Assembly: GCA_964658305.1 (NCBI GenBank)
Contig: OZ210885.1
Location: forward strand, 5,146,001-5,210,000
Source: Leptogorgia sarmentosa
Taxonomy: Eukaryota
Direction of reading: 5' to 3'
DNA: 64,000 bases
The translations under genes and the position numbers were made by a program. The notes beneath the pieces were generated by a model. The model searched no databases. It saw only the letters and a list, made by a program, of their open reading frames with translations, and was not told the DNA's origin. Shown here piece by piece: positions 27,059 through 39,700 of this stretch (the first letter of the stretch is position 1; every line of letters begins with the position of its first letter).

Positions 27059-30000
27059 ACCCCGAAATAATCGATCGTAAATTGCTGCCAAGGCAGTCAC
27101 ATTGTTCCTTCAAGACGCTCGAGCCTATCAACCCATAAACTAATTTATTTTTCTTGAATTAATCGTTGCCAGAAAGAATAAGTTTTGTCAACTTTGGCCT
27201 CTGGGATGAATTCCCTTCACGGACAGGACAACTCGGTCGGAATACACTTTCCGAAACGATGACTAAATATACAGTGTGAATTGGGGACGACAAATCGCTT
27301 CCTGTTTCTCTACAACACGCGGCTTTCTATTTCTTATCTTTCACAGAAGTCCTATAGAATACTGCAACACCTCAAAGTTATCGAAAAGCTTCATTCTTGA
27401 CCTGAAATGTCTCGAACCAAGTCAAGCGTCCGCAAGTGACTGTTTTGGCAGCTCTTTACGATCGATTATTTCGGGTAATTCCATTCAAATTGCACGATTT
27501 TCATCCAAAACCTTCAGAACGGGTAGTTATTTCCAAAAAATGTTGCTAGAACATGATCGGAAACGTTATGCGGTCGTAAAATGGGAAAAACATAGTTTTT
27601 CCTATACTAGCTCCTATTAATTTGACCGGTTGAGCAGCCATCTTGGATTTTCAAAAGTTGCCACGCATTTTATATGGAGTCAGCAATCTAGGCTTCCTAT
27701 ATCTATGGTGTCTGCCTACCGGTAGCCATATACATCGATAAACTTTTCGAAAGCTACAATCCTGGTCAAAAATGTTGGAATTCTTTACATGTATATTTTG
27801 CCAAATATGACCCCCATTTTCTACAATGGTTAACAGCCCCCTCCCCCCTCCCCTCATACAGGGTGTATCAAAAAAATGGTAACACAAATGTGGCGCGCCA
27901 TATCTCAACAAATCATTAATGGATTTCATCGAGTTTGACATCATTCGAAAGTTCAATTGTTCCTCTTTTACATGACATGTTTTATGCGGCATTTAGTCAA
28001 GAAACCAGCGAGCAGTACATCGGTAAACGTTTTAAGTGAAAATTGCATATTTCCACCGAAGGGAATAAACGAGACAATGGTATGCATTTTTAATCAACAA
28101 TTCACTTTTGTCGCTTGCTGAATATGAAAACTCGCACTAATTTGAATATTTGAATTGCAATGATAATTGCAGGATGATTAAGATGTTTAAACCTCTTGGG
28201 ACTAAATTTCAAAAGGAACGCGTGCAATTCCCATCGGTGGAAATATGCGATATTCACTTAAAACGTTCACCGAAGCACTGCTCGCTGGTTTCTTAACTAA
28301 ATACCACATAAAACGTGTCATCTAAAAGCTAATGAACTGAACTTTCGAATGATATCAAACTCGATGAAATCCATCAGCGATTTGGTGAAATATGGCGCGC
28401 CACATTTGTGTTACCATTTATTTTATACACCTGTACAATGAGTCAGGGGACCTGTTTATAGTAAATTCTTCTTCAAAGAGGCTGAATTGCTAAGTTCCGT
28501 TTAAGGTGTCGAATTCCATTCCTCCGTCTTACATGTTAACCTTCCATTTCATTATCTAGCAAATGAATTAATATTCGACATATGAAACGGCCCTGAGCCT
28601 TACTAACAATTTTAATTTGCGAAAAGTGGCAAAATATAACCAGAGATGGCGAAGAATATCAAATTTTATGAGGAACTGTGCCGCTGAGAACTATAACAAT
28701 AGTAGAGGAATTCTTGTTGTACTTATGCTTGACGATTCAACCTCACTTTCGACGTATTTTGAAGGATGTGTTATTTTCACCATGATCATGAATCGCGCAC
28801 AAACACGGGCGATTCACGTGTGGGGCTGGGGTGGGGCGGTGGGGACGGAAGAAGTGCATGAGTATACTAAAACAACAAGTAAAACAACACAAACGAATCA
28901 GATGGATCTGTTAAAACAAGGAGTAACAAAAAACCAGGCATTAGAATCAGGAGATTTTACAAGGACTCAGTTACACAAGTGTTTTGCCCTCACAGGAAAC
29001 AATCACTTTAAATTTGTGTATGTAATGTGAAACACAATTTTCAGTAGCTATAAATTTTATAAGTCAATAAATACTGTTTCTATTCTTGAACAATTCGTTT
29101 TCACACTTCCAGAAAACGGTGTAGATTGAACTAAAAATTTTGCGATGTCGTTTGAACAAACACTGAAATCATGATTATAATCATACTATTAGAGCTTCAT
29201 TACAATACTGTTTCAAATTCTCAAACTGAAATTTCGTTAATAATTCATGCACGATATTTGGAAGTACACACTTTTGAATTTATAACGACATATTTTCCTT
29301 TTACGAGGACACAAAGTGTGTACAAGCACATGCCATTTTAATGCCTGCAAAGGATATATACAATTCATACTATATTTCCTTATTCAAGGTTAAAAATAGG
29401 GTTTAGGCGCATGCACCACTGTCCTGAAATTTCTACATGGCGACAAGAGAAAGGAAGATGCGGACAGCGATCGCGACTTAAATTCTTTATCAAATATAAA
29501 TTTTAAAAGCGAGAAAGACAAAAATTTTATTTCATATTACACTATTTCATATCATATTTTTATCATATATTATTTTTATATTATCATTTAACATCACCTC
29601 TAACATTATCCATCATAACATACCCTATAATACAACTCGCCAATAATACCACACTCATCGTCCAAACAATATAAACATATCCAAGGGTGGCACCCATCTG
29701 ATTTTATGCCCAACCCACAATGGACACACGGTATCACAGACTCAAAATTTACAAAATGGCAAAATCTCTCTTTTAATGTGAGCTTTCTGCTCAAAATTTG
29801 GCCGTTTTTCCACGATCGTGATACAGTGGAATTCAAAGATTGAAATATAAATATGAAAATCATGTTTACCAGCTCAATTAAGATGCATTTTGGAAAGTCG
29901 TGATTTACTGAATAATTAATTAATTAATTAGATTAATTAATTAATCGTGATTTATTTAATTTATTTTTGATTTTTTTACTGATCTCAGCCTATATTTTTG

Positions 30001-30721
30001 CAGTAGTTTTCCACCATTTTGTTTCTAAAATCTGAGTGCCCTTTTTCCTGGTAATGTTTGCACATTTCCAAATGAATTATCAAAATTTTATCAATGAATC
30101 CTTCCTCTACAGCACCACGACAGAAATGATGCACGAGATGTCAAATGCACTATAAATACCTAAAGTGTTTATAAATGTACTATAGCAGGGGCTGCGGAAG
30201 CACCTCAAAAGTGGGAGGGGGGGGGGGGGGCACAATCAAAACAGGGCACAGATGAAAAAGAGCACTTTCCTTTCAAAAAAAGGAGCAAATCAAGCGCACA
30301 CTATATGACACAAAAGGCCCTATATAGCACAAAAGGACACAAATCTAATCGAAAAAAGGGCACATTTTCTCGTGGCAAAACCACGAATCAACGCCGTAGA
30401 GATTTTCGTAATATATTTAATAATACATTCTAAAATGATTTGGTTTGATTAGCTTACATTGATCGATAATTGATTTGAAAATGTATGAAAACAAACTACA
30501 ACAGATCGTATAAATACCTGAAGAGTGGGTCTCTACAGCTTGAAACACGCACTTTGACTTATTTTTCTAAGCTTACAAGCTCTACTGTCACTGTCCGTTT
30601 ACTGTCAATTAACACCTAAGTCTCAAATTACTGCATGCAAATCATAATTAAATCAAGTTATAATCAATTGAAATAGCTAATAAGTAATGAGTTTAATTAA
30701 CAAATATAAGTCCGTAACACA

Positions 30722-33700
30722 TTATTTTTCTATACCTTCAATACATTCAATTTCAATACATTCTTCATTCTCTCCCTGAGACAGGCTTTTTTCAGTATTC
30801 TTTTTCAGGCGATACTTGTTATACCATGGAGTTTCGCTGTTGAAAACTTTCCTTAGAGGCGTTGGGGTGCCTGGAATGCTCGATTTGCAACCTTCAGTGG
30901 TTGATAATGTACCACCTAGACAACAATCCAACAATCATTAATATACACGAAGAATTCCCCCATGCAATTCAAAATTGCTCACCACAGTTTAAAAAATTTC
31001 GCAAATGTATCAGTTAGATGTAGGAAATACTAATATAGTTGCGCTCCAGCTAGGAAATCAAAATTTGTATATACACCGTCTATACAGCGAAAATTGGGAA
31101 CATGCAGTTTGGAAATTGGACACAAAAGTGCAAGGACGTAGCAAAGACCAGTCGCTACGTCCGTGTGTAACAATTCAAGATGATTAGTTCGATTTGTATT
31201 TTTGGCGTTTATGCTTGATCAACGCTGATATCTCGCGACCTGCAGACATTCTTGTGTTTACTCATATTCACTGATGCCCTTCGTTTTTCACTTACATTCA
31301 ATGTTCATGACGTTAGCATAAATTCTTGCTTTCATTCTGGCTTTCCTTTCTGTGCTGATTGCTTCATGAACCTTGAGGATGGAAAAGATGACAGTTTGAA
31401 TCTTTTCGACAAGTAATTAACATTAAAGTTATTCCGAAATAATTATGAATAATTTCTTGGCAAGATGTTAATAGCTATATTCATATAATCTTTTATGAGA
31501 AATAGAAATTGGATTGTGCACGCAATGTAGTAATTAACACACTAGGAAATCATTCAGCAAACTAAAGTATTTTTAATTGAAACGATATGGAAAGTGTGCT
31601 GGATGTTGAATTGCTGTTCAAAATTTTTAAAGACTTGTAGGCTCTTCAGAGCGGAATGGAAATGTGGCAATTACGTAAGAATCGTAAATTAAGCATGCAC
31701 AAAAGTTAAAAAAGATCGAACGGATCTGTATTAACGGTCCCTGCTCAAACCCATAACCCGTTGTTGCCTAAATCACATGCTCACGTGGTATAAACTAATC
31801 TCTGTGATTGGACAATTCAAATTTAAGATATAACAATATTAATAATCATACCTTTTTGTTAATCAGAATATGGAAAACGAATATCACCACACCTTGAAGA
31901 GAATTACAAATTGCAAAAAGATATTTGAACGCAATCGTGTCTCGATTGAAAACCAGTAATCCAAACACCCACGTCAGTCCAAGTAATGGGAGTAGTACAG
32001 CAAAACCTTTGAGACCAATTTTGACTTTTCGTAAAATTTCATCAACAGGAGCTTTGGTTGTGCTAGAACTGCTTTCTGATGTAGAGGCTGCAATGTGGCT
32101 GGAGGATAAAGCACTCCGTAAGGCCAAAATGAAGATAACTATGTTGACCTGAAATTGGAGTGAAGACAGAATATACAGGGGGTGGACAAAAAAAAGTGGC
32201 CCTCGATAAAAATTCAGTTTTTACTGAAAAACATCTCTCTCAAGTAATCGGGAATGCAGAACCCCGTTTGGTTTGAGTACGACCTAAGCAAAATGTTAAT
32301 TTTTATTGTTCATCTTAGTTTATTGTTCATCTAAGTATATTTCTTTAAATCTGCAAGGTTGTGGAGCTTGCCGCTTATAAACTGAATTGTTCTGGGGGCC
32401 ACTTTTTTTTGTCCACCCCCTGTAAAATCTGGATTTCTAATAGTCTATGTTAGAATTTATAACACAATGATTGACTGAAAACAGAGCTATCAGTGGACTT
32501 GTCGAGAATTAACATTTATTGAATGAGGTTGAGCACGATATGAGAATTTTCAACCCCGAAGAACTGACGTCGAAGGGTGAGGTTGATAGCGGTAAACTGA
32601 GGGCTTGATAATTCTTCATATCGTGGGAAACCGAATTCAATAATTGTTTTATTATTTATATATTCAAAAGATTTTAGTACATCCCGCACCTGCGTGTTAA
32701 ATTCTTCAAAATAATATCGACTCGTTCTGCTTTTGAAAAAAAATTTCTTATGTTCTCTTTTCAAAGTACTCTTCCAGCCCATCTCAAAGTCTTTAGTCGT
32801 TGTAGGAGTTTTTTTAACGTTATTTGTCCAAGGAGACGGCGCCATTCTGTTTTGGTTCATATGGCGTTTCCATTTCGTAATTTAAGCATCGAGTCTATAT
32901 GACTCGCGTCGCCATGGTGATATTGCACAAATGCGTCCAAATTTCATATTGACTCTTCGACGTCATTTCGCTGATATGAATGCGAAAAATCCATATTTGC
33001 TTAGCCATTGAGTCGATATGAAAAATTCATAGTTCACTGTTATGGCACCAGGAACGCGGAATATTTTAAATAAACAATAATACTAATAACTTACTGGCTG
33101 AGAGAGAGGGTTGTACGGGAAAATATCAAACTGAGGTCTTGCTTGTTACAACAAAATTTGTTATGTAGCAAGTGCCAAAGTTCAATTTTCTTGATTTCGG
33201 ATTGGACAAAACCATGTCACGTCCCAGTCAACAAAACTTTTGTTTATTTGAAATATTCCTCGTTCCTGATAGGCTAACACTGAACTGTGAATTTGTCATA
33301 TCAACTCAATAGCTGACCAAAATTGGATTTTTAACATTCATATCAGCAAAATGACCTCAAAGGGTCAATATGAAAGAAAATGGAGGGTTTGCGCCATATC
33401 ACCATGACGACGAGAATCATATTGACTCGCTGACGCCATTGTTATATGAACACGAACAAAAACAATATGGCGCCGGCTATTCGAACATAAACAAAGACGA
33501 TGACTTAATAACTCGGCTTCGCCTCGTTTAACAACTGCGTCTCGAGGACACAAAACTCACTGTTTCCTTCTGTATCAGTAAATAAATGATAGATATCATG
33601 TAATTCTATTATTAGTACAAGCGATAAGTTGTGGTTATATTTAAAAAGTTTATTGGAGGCAACTTACCGCCAGAATTAAGCCGATGGTAGAAATAAATGT

Positions 33701-36700
33701 CCAGAATATCGCACTACCAGCACCACACCAACATGCACGCTCTGTTATAAAATCATTTCGATCACTTGCTCCAACCAACACTGCCACAATTGCAACCGGA
33801 ATACCTAAACAGAAATATCAAGTGTTCAATATTTCTTCCAAGCTTATTAGGATGTAAAAACCACTGAACAAGGCAATTTTGATACAACGTTTCTTGTTTA
33901 TGTATATTTATTTGGTTTCGAATTTTCCATTTCAGAATCTTTCTGTTCATACTACATTATAATTAGAGGCGATTTCAGAATTTGTTCAGGGTTTCTATGA
34001 TACAAGTACAACGTATGTAGTAATCAATATATGAACCCACATTTTCTCTCAAATGCTTCCAAATGACCGGATTTATTCTATCATTTCGATAAATCTATCT
34101 TTTTGGGCAGACCACCAGAACTTGCAAGAAATTGAGAACGTCCAATGTCTCTCTCTATGGAAAAATAAAAACTTACCCCAGCCAATGAGATAAAAACACT
34201 TGAGATGTTTTCCTCCCAACCCCAGACCAGTATAGACGTTCACTAATTGATGGTAGATGACAATTCCTTCACATAACATCCATCCAAACACCACCAGAAT
34301 GAAGAAATACAGCAATATAGATACTGCTGTGCAATATGCCTACAAAAGAAAAATGTAAACACGATTTGAGATGGATTGAACATTGAAACTTCTCTGATGT
34401 CGTCGTCAGGGGCGTGGTGGGCCTAAAGGAGAACAACAAATGAGCAAAAATTTAAAGGCCTATGTTTTGTGGTTCCATATAATTTAATCCTAAAGGCCGC
34501 ATTTTAGATTATTCTGAAGCGCCCATATTTTCAAATTTTGGTCTGGTTATGAATATTTCATGCCTTACGGATATGTTATGACAGTAGATATGGTTTTCCC
34601 ACCAATAATGTAAACAGAAGTATTTGATGATATTTGGAAATTACCTCATTATTTCGTGCGGGCCCAGCCAAAATGGCAAAAATGTCAGTCATTCCGATAG
34701 CTACACAAAGATGCATGAGTACTTGCGAAGGTATATTGCTCTTGGCGCTTCTGTGCAACCTTTCCCACAGCAGGGCATATGTAAATATAGTCAGAATTAT
34801 CCCAACCAGAGATAAAGAACAACCAACGGTAGATATTAGCTCCAATGCTCGCCTTTCATGTCCGTAAACCTTTAAAATGTTAAACATGGTAGCTTTATTA
34901 TAAAATATTCTAATTGAAATTCAAAATGTGTAATCCAAAATATCGGGATAGGATATTAAATATCCTATCACGTGATAGGGTGATTTCATCAGGTATTTTG
35001 CGTTAAAAGTTAAATATTTACTGTATCTCTTAAACGCACTTTTAAACGCAAGAATCTGACAGGCACTAAAATATTTTCAATATGGCGGAGGATGAATATT
35101 ATACAAATAATGAATGTTTATGAGTGCAATGGTAAGAATATTTTCATAACGTGAAAGATGAAATGTTCTATTCAACGAGGTGAAGCCGAGTTGAATGGAA
35201 CATTCCATCTTTCACCGAATGAAAATATTCTTGCCATTGCAGGAATAAAAACATTCATTATTTGTTTTATATAACACCAAAATAACAAAATGTTTATTGC
35301 AAGCTGCCGCCATTTTGGTGAATTTTGACAACATAAATCGCATTTACCTGACGTCGAGAATCGGGATAAATAAACTGCGATCACTGTCCGAAAAGCGTTT
35401 TGAAGGATGGGAGTTACTGAAATCACACTTCAGAGTGCAATGGTATTCGTACTATTGCACTCTTGGGAAATGGAACTTTCTATTCAATATCACGTGACCC
35501 TAATTAACCAATTATTACATAAAGTGGATACATGAATGGGTAATTCAAAAATGCTAGAGTCTTACCAAATTTCCGGAAATGTCTATAATTGCAAAAGCTG
35601 TTAGATGGTTACATTCGCATATTAAACGAGAGTTGTTAGTTGTGTCTTTTTTTCTTCGACATCCTTCTGTTTTCCACTTGTTTTCACTACGTTCTGTTTT
35701 CCAATAAACACATTTTTCAAGGTGATTCTGAAGGTAAAAATATTGGACATTTAAAGTATCAGTAAATTTCGTAATCAAGTCTACCATTTTTATATGAGAT
35801 TTCAAAGTTGTTAAGCTCAGCTGATTTATTGAGCTCAGAAAAAAATCTTTCGTTCAGTTTCACGAATGAAAACTAGTTCATGTTCCTTATCGTTCCAGAC
35901 ATTTCTTTGCTTGTGGTTTGAGTCCGAAACTAATAAATCTCCATTGGACAAATCAACTTTCGTGTTGCTTCAATGTAACATCCGACAAAAGGATTACACA
36001 CATTGTCAGTAGTGATAAGGATTCAGTCTTACATGAACATCAAAATCTCGACAAGAATATGTTTACGTGTTGTTTCTAGATGTATGTTGGTGTGTCGTCT
36101 AATATTGAACAGTAAGTTGAATTACCGATTCTATTGAGTTCCAGGTCAGGCGAACAGGTTCCTGAAAGTGTTCTGGGGGCTGAGGTCTGACACTTGCAGT
36201 GATAATCTCGTTATTCACGTCATTAAAAACAGTACTGCCATAGAAACTGTTCCTTATGAAATGATGTATTGTTTTATACCATATGACAACAACTTTGCTT
36301 CCTGAGGTCTTCGATAGTGCATCAGGCGAGAGATTGAACGTCGCGTTTGGAAACTTGAATAACCTTTCTTCCATTGACATATTACCAGCTTTTTTGACGT
36401 ATTTAACACGTAGATCAAGGTTTTGATATGTAAAGTTACGCGAAGCATTTGTGTTGTTTTTCAAGTAGTCGCCATATTGGAATGCATACACCTCTAAGGT
36501 TGTTAACAGTTCACCGGCAACTGTGTTATTCTAGAAAAGGAACGAATTAATGAAGGGTTCATGTGTGACACTACCATTCATTAAAGCCTCTTACAGACAA
36601 GCAAGTTGTCTATGACAAGTTTTTATGCGACAAGTTTTTCTTGCCCGCGTCTGTACAAGTCAACAATTTTACTTTGACAAGTTTTCTTTGTTGACCGTAC

Positions 36701-39700
36701 AAAAGCTAGCATGCCAGCTTTTCAACAAGTGCACTTGTCATAGAAAAAAATGGCAAATTGGGACGCGTTAACATTTTAAATAGAAAGCATCTAAAAGTCT
36801 ACGGAAGGAACTTTGATGGAAGCACTGTGTATTTGTACGGAAACAGTGCATTAGTAAAAGAACATCGTTTTATTGACACAGAGTATACGCGATTTTGTAC
36901 GGAAGAAGCGTGTCCCCCATGGGCAACCGTAGGTTACAGACGAGCAAGTTTTCTATGACAAGTTTTTATGTGACAAGTCTACTTTGCCAAGTGTACGTGC
37001 GTATGTGCGCCAAATTTTATATGACAAGTTTTCATATGACAAGTTTTACTTTGCTGGTGTGAACGTGTCAACAAAATTACTTTGACAAGTTTTCTTTGTT
37101 GACCCATACAGATGAGCAAAATTTGTACTTTGACAAGTTTTTCTATGACAAGTGCACTTGTTCTAAAGCTAGCATGCTAGCTTTTGAGCAAGTGTACTTG
37201 TCATAGAAAAAATTGTCAAAGTTGCGCGTACAGACGAGCAAAGTAAACTTGTCACATAAAAACTTGTCATAGAAAACTTGCTCGTCTGTAACCGGCTTCA
37301 TTGCTGAAAGAATGCTATCTTGACCCTCTTGTTGCTCGTGGTAGGGGATCATCAGGTTGAAACTTCGCGTGACTAGAATAATTGCCAATTAAGAACCGAA
37401 TTGTCTTGCAAGTTGCATGAAAAATTGCATCGTGTAACGTGAACTTCAGGATGGATCTTTTATAAATTACTAAATTAGAGGAATAGAGCTTGTTCTGGTG
37501 AAAGGTAACAATTAAGAATATTGAAACTTCAAATAAGCAGCTATCATTTCGCCTTCAAGAAAATAACAGTAAGAGTAAGTTTCTATTGAAAACTCACCGT
37601 AAGATTTTGCCAGGATTTTTCATTCCTACCGTCCAAAATATTGTTTGCTGGACCAAGTATGTTGAGACTGCCAGCTGTGACATTTAAATCAACAATTCTT
37701 TCGAGCAGCCTGACGGTCTCGCTGATGTTCAGTGGACTGAGTCCGCTTTCTCGTTTCTCCTCGTTCATATTATCAAGATTTGTGAACTTCGACAGTTTCT
37801 CGATAATCTTCTGTGCTTCTTGCTCTCGAACTTTGTCAGATATATTCTTATTTTCAAGATTATTGATCTGAAAATGAAGTTAGAGACGGCTATAAAGTTG
37901 ATATCTTTGAGGTGATGTGATAAATCTGTGGAATAATGATGGATGTGTGGAATAAAGTCCTTCAGGCAATACATTTGCGTTGGAAAATGACTTTCACGCG
38001 CGTGGAGTAGCTGACGTAGTTCTTTAAATTTTTATCTGTCATCTTACCTTCTTTTCCAGCTCAACAGTAAAGACAGTGTTCATGGACGCTTTTGCAGTTG
38101 TACGAACAGACGTTGGGGTTGAGTGTGATGTTGTGTTTCTGGGTTTCTTTGCAGTGGTATGAAGAGATGTTGGGGTTGAAGATGATGTTGGTTTCTTTGT
38201 AGTGGACGTTGGGGTTGAAGATGATGTTGTGTTTCTGGTTTTCTTTGTAGTGGACGTTGGGGTTGAGTGTGATGTTGTGTTTCTGGGCTTCTTTGCAGTG
38301 GTATGAAGAGACGTTGGGGTTGAAGGTGATGTTGTGTTTCTGGTTTTCTTTGTAGTGGACGTTGGGGTTGAGTGTGATGTTGTGTTTCTGGGTTTCTTTG
38401 CAGTGGTATGAAGAGACGTTGGGGTTGAGTGTGATGTTGTGTTTCTGGTTTTCTTTGTAGTGGACGTTGGGGTTGAGTGTGATGTTGTGTTTCTGGCTTT
38501 CTTTGTAGTGGACGTTGGGGTTGAGTGTGATGTTGTTTTTCTGGGTTTCTTTGTAGTTGACGTTGGGATTGAGTGTGATGTTGTGTTTCTGGGTTTCTTT
38601 GTAGTGTTATTGTTACAGCGTCCTCCGCCTCAAATTGAAATTGACATTACTAATATCAACTTTGCACTAAAATTGGGTGTGACGTACGCCTATCACACTT
38701 TAGTAAAGAAAAACGTTTTATTTAAGAAATAGAAAACATTTTCCATGTTTCTATAGAGTTTTTGTATACATTTCCAAGTAACTATAACATTTCCTGCAAT
38801 TTGATTGTTCCAGAGTGACAGTCTCTGATGTTATAGTTACTGGCTAGCCAGTAACTATAACTTTTTCATTTTTTAAAATTCAAAATGGCCGCTCGGTTTG
38901 CTGAAATTACACAGGAAGAAATTGAGAAAATTAAACAAGAAAGCATCCCCAAGAAAACCAAACAAGCCACAAAATATGGTTTAAAAATCGTTCAAGGTAA
39001 AATATTTTAATTAGTGTTATTTTTGTCCAACAAAACTGGCTTTTTTTACTAGCAAAGTGGTGATATGAGCGTGAATTATTTTATGTAAATAAACTATAAG
39101 CAAAGTAAACAAAACTTGAATTTCTACTTAACAGGCTGTCAGTTTGACCTGGAAATTTGTATAGGAAATTACACGGTTCGAGTCTTCGAGAGGTATTAAT
39201 GAAAAATTGCACACGTGTTTGGCGAAATACCGCGAGTGCGAACCCTAACCCTAACCTTTGTGGCTCAGTGAATATATAGGCTTGTAATCACCTCGCCTTC
39301 GGCGACTAATTGTTAAATAGAAACACGGGTTTTTTGAGCTCTCGACCAATCAACGCCCGTGTTTTTAAAAGGCTATTTCATAAATGTATATAGGTAAAGG
39401 TGACACATGTTGTGAAGTACAACAGTGAAGTAGTTCATAAGTGTATACATTCATGTTAGTTCCAAAAACATAACATAAGTAGCTACATTCATAATTGAAA
39501 TATAGATTAGTTTTCCGTGCAAATTGTTCATATTTGCATGCCATATCTTTGTAATCGTAAATTAGTATAACTTTACTGTATTTTAGTTTGACGGATTTGA
39601 TGGAATAGAATTATTACATTATATATTATTGCATTACATTGCAGTTTCAAACACCAATTGGTTTCACGGCACGCGCCGTTACAGTTATGAAGAAAAATTG

